The notes under the pieces were generated by a model. The model did no database searches and was not told the DNA's origin. It saw only the letters and a list, made by a program, of their open reading frames with translations. DNA of 64,000 nucleotides from Pedobacter sp. (lineage in GTDB: Bacteria > Desulfobacterota > Desulfuromonadia > Desulfuromonadales > Syntrophotaleaceae). This document shows, piece after piece, positions 21,243 through 30,394 of the stretch (its first letter is position 1; each line of letters begins with the position of its first letter). The translations under genes and the position numbers were made by a program. The DNA is taken from NCBI GenBank assembly GCA_050253415.1, contig JBFWJC010000007.1:32001-96000 (forward strand), given 5' to 3'.

Positions 21243-22664
21243 GGTTTTGCTCCTCTTATGGAAGTAGGGTAATAATTATACACTACATCATAACACCATA
21301 ACTAGTTAATATCTAATGACAATAACCCAACTTTACGAACGTTTTGCCCGGCGTAAAAAAAAGGGATCGTCCAAAGGACGACCCCGCGCATAGCATATGC
21401 ATAATATTTGTAGTAACGTTATCCGTCGTTATTCGACAGCGGCAGCCATCTGATGCAATACTTCTTCTATATTTGTGTAGCCATCACCGTCGTCATCACC
21501 ATTTGGGTTGGATGGTACGACAAACTGGCGAGTGTTCTTGGCATACGTCGGCCAACCACCACCCTGAACAGGGGTATCGATCATAGCCCCACTGCCATTC
21601 CACACATCGTTTATCACCCTTTCATCCAGACGATCGCCATTGGACGTCCCGCGCTCGCCGGGACGTGCTCCGCTATGTTGCAGCACGTAACTTTTAACGC
21701 TGCTTGTGGGAAGAATGGTGATGTTATCGTAGGGCACCGGAGGCGTCATCACCTGCGGATTGCCCCATGACGGAGGATCCATCAGCGGAACAGAAGCACC
21801 CGACTCATCAAGCCGCAAAATCAGATTGTCCGATGTGTAGACTTGCGAACCGACCTTGGTATTGTCGGCCCACCACAGGGGCGCCTTGGTCGCATATTCA
21901 GGGCCATCTCTGAAAACATTGCCGATGGTCGACTGAAAAAGGGTCCCGGCATTGTAGGAATCGCTGTAGTGCATGCGGCCACTTCTGCCGCCATTGTAAA
22001 CGTAGTTATTGATCACCACCGAGGTGGTCCCACCCTTGGCGTTCGGGCCGTTACGATCGTCACTTGATGAAATCAGGTTACGCAGCACGGTTATTTTCTT
22101 GGCATAGTCACCGATGAGGAAGCCCTTGGAATGGGCACCTTCCGGGTGAATCGAGTTATCCAGACCTTCGCTGACAATGCAGTTGGAAATGGTGATATTG
22201 TCCAGACGACTGTCTTTATAGCCCCAAAGTCCTATGACCTCGTCAACCGCCCACTGGAAGGAACAGTGGTCAACAACAACATTGTAGATGTCCGAATGAC
22301 CGACAATCCCCAAACAATCCCGCTCCCCCTCTTCGGAGGTGTTGTAGGACCGCTCATCACCCGGACGCACCCGGATATGCTGTATCAACACATCGTGCGC
22401 GGAGATTTTAAGCCGCCGATTTTTCAACATGATGCCAGGGGCCGGAGCAGTCTGACCGGCGATAGTGATATATGGGTTGGTAATGATCAGCTCGCTCTGC
22501 AGGTTAATGATCCCGGATACTTCAAACACGACAATCCTGGAGCCGCTGGCCTGCACAGCAGCGCGCAACGACCCTGTCCCGCTGTCATTCAGGTTGGTAA
22601 CCTTAATGATCTGTCCGCCTCGACCGCCAGCCGTTTCAGTACCGAAACCTTCTGCACCGGGAAA
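20230..22664. repeat. Near-identical 896-bp direct repeat: 20230-21125 and 21769-22664
   Basis: Offset 1539 bp; only two mismatches noticed by eye (21008/22547 and 21075/22614). Confidence 0.9.
21355..21385 (-). terminator. Intrinsic terminator after the Calx-beta/lyase gene
   Basis: Minus strand GGGGTCGTCC-TTT-GGACGATCCC followed by T8. Confidence 0.8.
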
Positions 22665-24176
22665 AGCAGGGAGATAATTTAGGTTAGAGGTTCCCCCTGT
22701 GTTAGCGTCAACCGAACTGGAATCGGCATCGTTATCGACGATGGTTACGGTCGAGGTGGTCACGGTACCCAAGGCGGTGCCACCCGTAGGGTTCTGCAGC
22801 AAAACCGTAAAGGTTTCACTTCCTTCTACTGCCGCATCGTCGGTGATAGCGATGCTGATGGTTTTCTGGGTCTGGCCGTCGGCAAAATTTACCGTAGTCC
22901 AGGAAAAGCTGGTGTAATCCGAGGCATAATCGGCGGTCACGCCCAAGGTACGTACCTCAACGGTCGCCGCACCGCTACTGCCATCAACTCGCTTTAGCAG
23001 CACATCGATTTTACCGGTCCCTTCGTTGACGGAATAATTGGCAGCGCCGAACTCGAAACTTCCCGGGGTGGTCGAGACGGGTGCTATATCCACGACTACG
23101 GCTACAGCCGGAGAAGTGGTTTTGTTGCCGGCCGCATCATAAGCGACCACTGTAAGGTTATGCGTGCCATTGTCCGTTTCGCTTATGGGTAGACTTGCAG
23201 AATAGGTGTTGGTGGTATCGGTGGCGATAAGCTTGCTGCCGTCGTAAAACTCGACCTTGCTGACACCTACATTGTCGCTGGCCTGAGCCACGATGGTCAA
23301 CGTCTGGGTGCTGGTTACCGCAAGGTTCCCGGAAGGGCTGATAATGGCCGCGACAGGAGCCGCAGTATCGCCTACAACCGCCTCATCGTTGTCAACGATG
23401 GTCACCGTCGAGCTGGTCACGGCACCCAGGGCGGTGCCGCCGGTGGGGTTCTGCAACAAAACGGTGAAGGTTTCACTTCCTTCAACCTCCGTATCGTCGG
23501 TGATAGCAATGCTGATGGTTTTCTGGGTCTGGCCGTCGGCAAAATTCACCGTAGTCCAGGAAAAGCTGTTGTAATCCGAGGTATAATCGGCGGTCACGCC
23601 CAAAGTACGTACCTCGACGGTCGCCGCACCAGAAGTTCCACCGACCCGCTGGAGCAAAACGTCGATTTTGCCAGAACCTTCATTCACGGAATACGCCGAA
23701 GCTCCCAGCTGGAAACTGCCGGGTTGCGAATCATTATCCTCAATCGTTATTTCCGAGCTGGTAATACTGCCAAGTGTTGTGCCATTGGTCGGTTTGCGCA
23801 GAAGGACATTAAAGGTTTCGCTCGATTCCTTGGCCGTATCGTCGGTAATGCCGAGGCTCAGATTCATCTGGTTTTGCCCGTTAGCAAATTTGACAGTCGT
23901 CCAGGTCATGCTTTCATAATCCGTCTTATAATCGGCAGTATCGCCCAAGGTGCGCACTTGAACTGTGGCGGCGCCGGAAACGGAACCAGTCCGCTTCAAA
24001 AGCACATTAACCTTGCCTCCACCTTCATTGACCGAATATTTGGCGGAACTAAACTCAAAGCTGCCGGACGCTGCGGCAACGTTCCCAGGAAGAACCATTT
24101 GCATAGTAAGTAACAACACACAAATCAGCCCCCCTATGGATTGTTTCAGATGCGTCATAATAAATGTTTGTCTCAT
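21429..24176 (-). CDS. Secreted protein: three Calx-beta domains, one bacterial Ig-like domain, C-terminal pectate-lyase-like domain
   Basis: ATG at 24176 after GAGGGA (the longer 24299 start lies in the riboswitch leader); signal peptide; 3x YSVNEG...ITDD..E.SETF; ASDNVGVSKVEFY...AYDAAGN; same lyase domain as 19890-21242. Confidence 0.85.
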   Translation of the reverse strand: MRQTFIMTHLKQSIGGLICVLLLTMQMVLPGNVAAASGSFEFSSAKYSVNEGGGKVNVLLKRTGSVSGAATVQVRTLGDTADYKTDYESMTWTTVKFANGQNQMNLSLGITDDTAKESSETFNVLLRKPTNGTTLGSITSSEITIEDNDSQPGSFQLGASAYSVNEGSGKIDVLLQRVGGTSGAATVEVRTLGVTADYTSDYNSFSWTTVNFADGQTQKTISIAITDDTEVEGSETFTVLLQNPTGGTALGAVTSSTVTIVDNDEAVVGDTAAPVAAIISPSGNLAVTSTQTLTIVAQASDNVGVSKVEFYDGSKLIATDTTNTYSASLPISETDNGTHNLTVVAYDAAGNKTTSPAVAVVVDIAPVSTTPGSFEFGAANYSVNEGTGKIDVLLKRVDGSSGAATVEVRTLGVTADYASDYTSFSWTTVNFADGQTQKTISIAITDDAAVEGSETFTVLLQNPTGGTALGTVTTSTVTIVDNDADSSSVDANTGGTSNLNYLPAFPGAEGFGTETAGGRGGQIIKVTNLNDSGTGSLRAAVQASGSRIVVFEVSGIINLQSELIITNPYITIAGQTAPAPGIMLKNRRLKISAHDVLIQHIRVRPGDERSYNTSEEGERDCLGIVGHSDIYNVVVDHCSFQWAVDEVIGLWGYKDSRLDNITISNCIVSEGLDNSIHPEGAHSKGFLIGDYAKKITVLRNLISSSDDRNGPNAKGGTTSVVINNYVYNGGRSGRMHYSDSYNAGTLFQSTIGNVFRDGPEYATKAPLWWADNTKVGSQVYTSDNLILRLDESGASVPLMDPPSWGNPQVMTPPVPYDNITILPTSSVKSYVLQHSGARPGERGTSNGDRLDERVINDVWNGSGAMIDTPVQGGGWPTYAKNTRQFVVPSNPNGDDDGDGYTNIEEVLHQMAAAVE

Positions 24177-24252
24177 AAACTCCCTCTTTGTTGGTGTGAT
24201 CTGGCACCGGTTTTTCCGATGCCACCAAATCTTGTTTGCGCCTTGGAGGCGC

Positions 24253-24296
24253 AAAAAAAAAAGCGCTGCTCTTGGAGATCCCAAAGCAAAGCGCCG
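24253..24296 (-). terminator. Riboswitch expression-platform terminator
   Basis: Minus strand GGCGCTTTGCTTTGG-GATCT-CCAAGAGCAGCGC then T10, between aptamer and ATG. Confidence 0.8.
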
Positions 24297-24337
24297 CACA
24301 TGTACCTACTAACCTCGAGGTGCTTCCAGGTTTTGAG

Positions 24338-24434
24338 GATTTTCGGCAACCCGGCTATCCACCTTATTTTTTGACGTCGGTGGACCCGTAGCTTTGCGTG
24401 GCCAGATCTCTCTGACTTTGCCCTGAACGAAAAC
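24338..24434 (-). ncRNA. c-di-GMP-I (GEMM-I) riboswitch aptamer
   Basis: Minus strand TTTTCG-TTCAGGGCAAAGTCAGAGAGATCTGGCCACGCAAAGCTACGGGTCCACC...GGTGGATAGCCGGGTTGCCGAAAA; conserved GGGCAAA, ACGCAAAGC, TAGCCGGGTTGCCG and P1 TTTTCG/CGAAAA. Confidence 0.9.
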
Positions 24435-24563
24435 TTTTCCCCTAGACCATGACCATCGGCATACCCTCCTACCCCGTAGTGGTTACATTGCCCATAGTAA
24501 CGATCCGTCGAATTGTGACGGCTATCACAATGGGTGCGTCAGTCGTTCTGCGGGACATGTAAG

Positions 24564-24580
24564 AGCAAGCCACATGCCAA
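24564..24580 (-). promoter_or_regulatory. Sigma54 (-24/-12) promoter upstream of the riboswitch
   Basis: TTGGCATGTGGCTTGCT, GG-N10-GC. Confidence 0.75.
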
Positions 24581-25272
24581 GTTTTCTTTTATAATTCGGC
24601 AACTTAAAAGACCTACATATACGCTTTATGATAATGAAAAAACTGTCGTTAAATTAACTTTGGCACATGATTTATATTCAACGAAATCTAGAAAATGGAC
24701 AAAAATATACTTTGAAAAAGTTAAGTCATGTCGGGATGTTACTAATTGTAACCATCCGTAAAGGGGATAACAGTTAACTTTATGAGAAATTTTGGGGATA
24801 CAAATGTCGAGAAAAGACGGTTTTGAATTTCAATAATTTGCTTGACCAAGCGTGAGTTTTCACCAATTCAATGAGAAAACGTGACGTACTCGCTACATAT
24901 GTCTTTTGGCATCAACACGTTGCCCTGTCACTTTACGGCGACAACAGCAGAATTCATTCAATCTGGCATGCATCCATCTCTACATACGTGATTTCAATAA
25001 GTTGCGGTACTACTGAAAAATTCAATAGTCATTGCGGTGACAAAATTACCCCCGATATGGAATTTGTCGCCATAACATGACGCACCTACCATACACAGCT
25101 GAATTCCTCGTTGTCGGGATCGCGAAGATATAAAAATAGCACCGAACGCATACCGGTTTTCTCTATATCCCCGACTGGATCAATGTAATTTCAATTAGTT
25201 GGGTATGACTATCATGGATATCGAATAAATTCGAAAGTATGCGATTTTTCCGTTCTCGGCGGATGTATCAAC

Positions 25273-25308
25273 AAAAAATGGCTGACCGGTTTATCCGGTC
25301 AGCCATTT
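25273..25308 (-). terminator. Terminator of the mutS-apgM operon
   Basis: AAATGGCTGACCGG-TTTAT-CCGGTCAGCCATTT with an A-run on the left (U-tract on minus strand). Confidence 0.8.
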
Positions 25309-25449
25309 GGCGTCATATTCCTGTTTTAAAAAAAAGCTTTTCTGTATGTGTGGTTAGACTGTGTTCCTTACCCGAGTCGTTAAAATTATTTCCAGGATCT
25401 ACTTTTCGTTGCCTCGCCATCACCTGTTCCGCAATGGCAAGGTACCATG

Positions 25450-26661
25450 TCAAGCAGAGGCAGCCAATAATCTATCCATGAGTTCATGGCCATGTGCCAG
25501 AAAAACACCGCTCGATGCTGCAGCCGCCTCATCGTATCCGGAAACAGGCTGCTGCGAAACGAACTCTCCCCCCGAACCATACAGAATAAAAGGAACCGGC
25601 TCGGATGTATGCGTCATGAGCCTCACAGGGGTGGGATGATCGGGAGCAACCAGCAACCGGAACGCTCCCATGGATTGCAACCCATTGAAGACCGTACCCA
25701 CCACCAGCTCGTCAAAGGCTTCGATGGCGCGAATTTTCTCCTGCAATAAACCTGCGTGCGAAGCCTCGTCGGGTGCTTCGACATGGATATAAACATAGTC
25801 GCGGGTTTGCAAAGCTTCCAGAGCATATTCCGCCTTGCCCCGGTAATTGGTATCGATGAAACCGGTGGCACCAGGAACTTCGATGACATCAAGACCGGCA
25901 TAAATACCGATCCCCTTGATCAGGTCGACAGCAGAAATAACGGCGCCGCTCAGGCCGAAACGCTCCTGCATGGTCGGCATATGCGGCGCGCGACCCTGCC
26001 CCCACAACCATGCGGCATTGGCGGGACGTTTGCCCTCAGCCTGCCGTTGCCGGTTAACGGGATGCGTCGCCAGAATGGTACGCGCCCGCTGCATAAGATC
26101 CCGTAAGCAGTCAGCTCCTTCACCGCGGGGCAGCTGCCCCTTGATAGGCTGGCCGGTAATATCGTGTGGTGGCGTGAACATCATGGTATCGACACCGCCA
26201 CGCCAGACCAGAAGGTGCCGGTATGATACGCCCGGATAAAACTGAAACCGATCCGTGCCAAGCTCCTCCTGCAAGGTCAAAACGATGGCACGCGCCTCCT
26301 CGGTCGAAATATGCCCGGCCGAAAAGTCTTCCATGATTTCCTGGCCATCTATCTGCCCGAGAGTAACCAGATTGAGCCGAAAAGAAACATCCTCAGGATT
26401 GAGATGAACTCCCATGCTGGCTGCCTCAAGAGGCGACCGACCGCTATAACAGCTGGCAGGATCGTATCCGAACACAGATAGATTGGCGACATCACTCCCG
26501 GGAGGAAACCCCTCGGGGATTGTCTGGGCAAGACCGACCTGCCCTTCGCGAGCCAGGCGATCCATGTAAGGGGTATGAGCACATTGCAGTGGGGTTTTCC
26601 CCCCGAGTTCGGCCATAGGCTCATCAGCCATGCCGTCTCCTAATAAAACTACATACTTCAT
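25450..26661 (-). CDS. apgM: Cofactor-independent phosphoglycerate mutase, ApgM family
   Basis: GDGMAD, PGSDVAN, HVEAPDEASH, PDHPTP. Confidence 0.9.
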   Translation of the reverse strand: MKYVVLLGDGMADEPMAELGGKTPLQCAHTPYMDRLAREGQVGLAQTIPEGFPPGSDVANLSVFGYDPASCYSGRSPLEAASMGVHLNPEDVSFRLNLVTLGQIDGQEIMEDFSAGHISTEEARAIVLTLQEELGTDRFQFYPGVSYRHLLVWRGGVDTMMFTPPHDITGQPIKGQLPRGEGADCLRDLMQRARTILATHPVNRQRQAEGKRPANAAWLWGQGRAPHMPTMQERFGLSGAVISAVDLIKGIGIYAGLDVIEVPGATGFIDTNYRGKAEYALEALQTRDYVYIHVEAPDEASHAGLLQEKIRAIEAFDELVVGTVFNGLQSMGAFRLLVAPDHPTPVRLMTHTSEPVPFILYGSGGEFVSQQPVSGYDEAAAASSGVFLAHGHELMDRLLAASA

Positions 26662-26718
26662 CGTATCCTCTGTATCGCTATCCGGTAATCGTCGCCGAAT
26701 AGGCGACGGCCCTGCACA

Positions 26719-27606
26719 TCACCCTCGCGGATGGTGCTGTTGGTGAATGTTTTTTAGTCGTTCCCGTGTTACATGGGTGTAAATCTGAGTGGTGGAAATA
26801 TCGGCATGCCCAAGCATCGCCTGCACGGCCCTGAGATCGGCTCCGTTATCCAACAGGTGCGTCGCAAACGAATGACGCAAGGAATGAGGCGTGATGTTTT
26901 TAGCAATCCCCGCCTGCAAGGCCCGACGCTTAATCATCTTCCAGAAACCCTGTCGTGTCAACCCGTTACCGGACCTGTTTAAAAACAGGAAAACAGGACA
27001 ACCGTCCCCGGCCAATTCACCACGACCACAGGCCAGGTAGTCCAGCACGGCATCTCGCGCGGAATCACCCAGTGGCACGATGCGCTGCTTGCGGCGCTTA
27101 CCAAAAGCGGTAACATAACCGACATCCAGTTGGAGATCCTGAAGGGTCAGGCCTACCAATTCCGATACGCGAAGTCCCGTCGCGTAAAGCAGTTCAAGCA
27201 TGGCCCTGTCCCGCAGATCGTAGCAACTGCCGGATTGCGGCACACTGAGTAACAGATCGACTTCGTCGGGAGACAAGGTATGCGGCAGCGTTGCAAGGCT
27301 TTTAGGCGCCGCCACCTGCGCCGCGGGATTGTTCTCGGCAAGGCCTTCGGCAAGCAGAAAGCGGTGGAACATTCGTAGCGAGACAAGTTTGCGCGCGCGA
27401 CTGCGCGGCGACAGACCGCGATCCTTCAAAACAGAAAGAAAAGCAACCACGACAGGTGGAGCTATCTGTGCGGGAGAGTCTATGCTCTGGTCGCCAAGAA
27501 ACTCAAGATAATGCGCGAGGTCTCGACCATAGGCGTCCAGGGTATTTTTTGATAACCCTTTTTCAACCACGAGATAGTTAAGAAACAGATCGAGATAATG
27601 ATCCAT
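26719..27606 (-). CDS. xerD: Tyrosine recombinase XerD
   Basis: LYATGLRVSEL, HSLRHSFATHLL, LGHADISTTQIYTHV, HHPRG. Confidence 0.93.
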   Translation of the reverse strand: MDHYLDLFLNYLVVEKGLSKNTLDAYGRDLAHYLEFLGDQSIDSPAQIAPPVVVAFLSVLKDRGLSPRSRARKLVSLRMFHRFLLAEGLAENNPAAQVAAPKSLATLPHTLSPDEVDLLLSVPQSGSCYDLRDRAMLELLYATGLRVSELVGLTLQDLQLDVGYVTAFGKRRKQRIVPLGDSARDAVLDYLACGRGELAGDGCPVFLFLNRSGNGLTRQGFWKMIKRRALQAGIAKNITPHSLRHSFATHLLDNGADLRAVQAMLGHADISTTQIYTHVTRERLKNIHQQHHPRG

Positions 27607-27673
27607 AAACCTCTATAATTTAATATATTCTCAAGACTCAAGAGAGCTCAACGCCACGGCACTCCATCTGCGT

Positions 27674-30394
27674 TCAGATTTTTTCATCATCCAGACAGGA
27701 TAACAACTTTAACCGCAGCTCCTCAAGACGCTCCGGATCGCGAATTTTCTGGCTGAAAATATCCTTGACGTAAAAGGTGTCTGCCACCTGGTCAACCTTG
27801 GTTGAGATCTTGGCCACGCCCAGATACAGACCAAGGTCGCGCAAGGTTCTGCAAATGCGATACAACACACCGACTTCGTCGTGGGTGTAGATGTCAAGCA
27901 CGGTGTACTCCTGGGAGACTTCATTGTCGACATCCACGCGACTGGGAACTTTGGGATGCCCCGGGTCCCCCCATGATACAGGGCGGTGACGCTTGCGGAT
28001 CAATTCTTCAACCTTGAGCCGCCCTTCGATAACCGCCAGCAGCGATTCTTCCACGGCCTGCCACTTTTCGCTGCCCGCATCGCTGAAACCTGAAGGACCC
28101 TTGACCTGAAGCATGTCAAAAGCTGTTCCATCGCGCTGGGTAAAGATCTGCGCACCGAAAATATTAATCCCGTAGGCCGCCATGACCCCGGTGATCATGG
28201 TGAACAATCCAGGCATATCGTGAGTAACAATAGTTAACTGCGTGTAGGAGCCATCTGGTCCGTTGGCCACAAAAAACCCGAGACGCTTGTCGCGAGTACC
28301 CAAAATCAAGCGAATATGCTCGGCAATCGCCTGACTGCGAAACGACAGCAGATAGCGGGTGCTGGCTTTGCGAAGCCGTTCAGTCACGACTTTGGAATCG
28401 AATTCATCCTCGAGCAGTGCCTGCACTTTGCGTCTGCGATTGCGCAGTTTCTCGGAACGGGTATCCAACAGGAAGTTACCCCGTTCAAGAACGCCATGGG
28501 TCTTGTCAAAAAGTTCCTGCAGCAGGACCGATTTCCAACCGGTCCAGACATCCGGCCCTACCGCCCGCAAGTCCGCAAAGGTCAAAAGATAAAGCATCTT
28601 GAGGTTTTCGCTCATCCCCATGGTGCGGGCAAAATCAACGATAAGGCGATCATCATGCATATCCCGTCGCTGGGAAATATGTGCCATCAGCAAATGATTG
28701 CGCACCAGAAATTCAAGCCGCTGGCTGTCTTCCTTGTTGAGACCAAGGCGCCGGGCTACGGTCGGCATCATATCCGCGCCCTTGTTGCAATGATCGCGGC
28801 CCTCCCCTTTACCCACATCGTGCAGCAACATGGCGAGCAACAAGAGTTCGCGTTTTTCGATATCGTTGGCCACGCCGGTAACCCGCGGCAACTCTTCGGC
28901 ATAGTCCCCATGCCAGAGCTTAATCAATTCGCCGACGGCAAACAATGAATGGGTATCGACGGTGAACACGTGATACGCATCATGTTGCACCTTGCAATAG
29001 ATGCGACCGAACTCGGGGATGAAATGGTTAAGGAACCGCAGATAATGCATATCCTGCAAAGCCTGAAGAACACCACGGTGATAACGCAGGATCTCCATGA
29101 AAGTATCAACCATGGCCTTCGAGCGCCGAACCGTATTGTTGATGCGATGCAGGTTTTCCCGGATATGATTTTTAACCTGGGGACTCAGAGCCACTTCATG
29201 CAACTGAGCCAGGCGAAAGGCCAGCATCATACGCTCCGGATATTCTTCAAATAGGTTACCCTGGGCCATGCGCAACTCGCCATAAAGGGTATAGAACCCA
29301 TCTCCGACCGAACGCTTCAGGATCGTATTGTGACTGGGAGTCGGTGAAGACTGATCGTGCAGGCGCACTTTATCGATCAAACGCGTGGAGATTTCCTCGA
29401 CATGCACGGCATGCGCATAATAATCCTGCATGAATTGTTCGACCGCCAACGCGCGATTATCGTCTTCGTACCCTAGAAACCGGGCAATCTTTTCCTGGTG
29501 GTCAAAACGGATCTGTTCGTTTTTACCGGTGGAAAGAAAATGCAGTTCATTGCGAATGCGCCAAAGATAATCGAACGCCCGATAGAGTTCGTCGTACTCC
29601 CTTTCGGTCATGATCCCCTTAAGAACCAGTTCGGACATGGAACGGGCTTTGAATTTTACCTGGGCCAACCACAAAGCGGTATGCAGATCCCGAAGCCCCC
29701 CTTCTCCCTCCTTGATATTGGGTTCCAGCAAATAAACAGATGAACCGTATTTACCGAGACGTCGGTTGCTCTCCTCGATTTTCTGGGTGATGTACCCTTT
29801 GCTGTTCCAGTTCAGAACTTTATCCAGGACGGTCCGCTCGTACTCGCCAAAACATTCGCGATTGCCACACAAATAACGCGAATCGAGCAATGCGGTTCTG
29901 GCCGTGATATCCTTCTCCGCCATTTCCAGGCAATGCCGTGCGTTCCGGATGCTATAGCCGACATCAAGTCCCAGATCCCACAACAGGTAAAGCATGCGCT
30001 CTGAAACCTGTTCGGCAAACTTTTTCCCTTTTCCGTTGTGAAAAAACATGATGTCGATATCGGAGCGGGGGTTTTGCTGTCGACGACCGTAGCCTCCGAG
30101 TGCCACCACAGCGCATCCGGCCTGCCCCTTTTCAGGCAAATCGGATGAGGCAGCCTCATACAGAGCACTCATCAACGCATCCGCCGCCTCGGTAAGCAGT
30201 TCAACCACTTCATGACCGCTTGCACCACTGCGATGGTACGCCATGATGACATCCCGGCAGTGATTCCAGTAATTGCAGGCCGCAGCAAGCAATTCCGGGC
30301 GCCGCTCGGCATAGGGGAGAGAGGTATCGCAACACAAGTGTCGGAGCGCATCGGGAATCGCGAGTTTTTCGGAGAGATCGGATAAAGAATTCAT
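27674..30394 (-). CDS. glnD: PII uridylyltransferase/uridylyl-removing enzyme
   Basis: ALGGYGR, SDID, EPNIKEGEGGLRD, HD domain, two C-terminal ACT domains. Confidence 0.95.
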   Translation of the reverse strand: MNSLSDLSEKLAIPDALRHLCCDTSLPYAERRPELLAAACNYWNHCRDVIMAYHRSGASGHEVVELLTEAADALMSALYEAASSDLPEKGQAGCAVVALGGYGRRQQNPRSDIDIMFFHNGKGKKFAEQVSERMLYLLWDLGLDVGYSIRNARHCLEMAEKDITARTALLDSRYLCGNRECFGEYERTVLDKVLNWNSKGYITQKIEESNRRLGKYGSSVYLLEPNIKEGEGGLRDLHTALWLAQVKFKARSMSELVLKGIMTEREYDELYRAFDYLWRIRNELHFLSTGKNEQIRFDHQEKIARFLGYEDDNRALAVEQFMQDYYAHAVHVEEISTRLIDKVRLHDQSSPTPSHNTILKRSVGDGFYTLYGELRMAQGNLFEEYPERMMLAFRLAQLHEVALSPQVKNHIRENLHRINNTVRRSKAMVDTFMEILRYHRGVLQALQDMHYLRFLNHFIPEFGRIYCKVQHDAYHVFTVDTHSLFAVGELIKLWHGDYAEELPRVTGVANDIEKRELLLLAMLLHDVGKGEGRDHCNKGADMMPTVARRLGLNKEDSQRLEFLVRNHLLMAHISQRRDMHDDRLIVDFARTMGMSENLKMLYLLTFADLRAVGPDVWTGWKSVLLQELFDKTHGVLERGNFLLDTRSEKLRNRRRKVQALLEDEFDSKVVTERLRKASTRYLLSFRSQAIAEHIRLILGTRDKRLGFFVANGPDGSYTQLTIVTHDMPGLFTMITGVMAAYGINIFGAQIFTQRDGTAFDMLQVKGPSGFSDAGSEKWQAVEESLLAVIEGRLKVEELIRKRHRPVSWGDPGHPKVPSRVDVDNEVSQEYTVLDIYTHDEVGVLYRICRTLRDLGLYLGVAKISTKVDQVADTFYVKDIFSQKIRDPERLEELRLKLLSCLDDEKI

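Noticed and set aside
24177..24299. N-terminal extension of the 956-aa ORF
   Set aside because: Runs through the riboswitch terminator; the RBS supports ATG 24176
24660..24676. Plus-strand TTGGCAC as a second sigma54 promoter
   Set aside because: Lacks GC at the -12 position and has no downstream gene
26719..27606. Tyrosine recombinase as a mobile-element integrase
   Set aside because: XerD-specific C-terminus and housekeeping operon context
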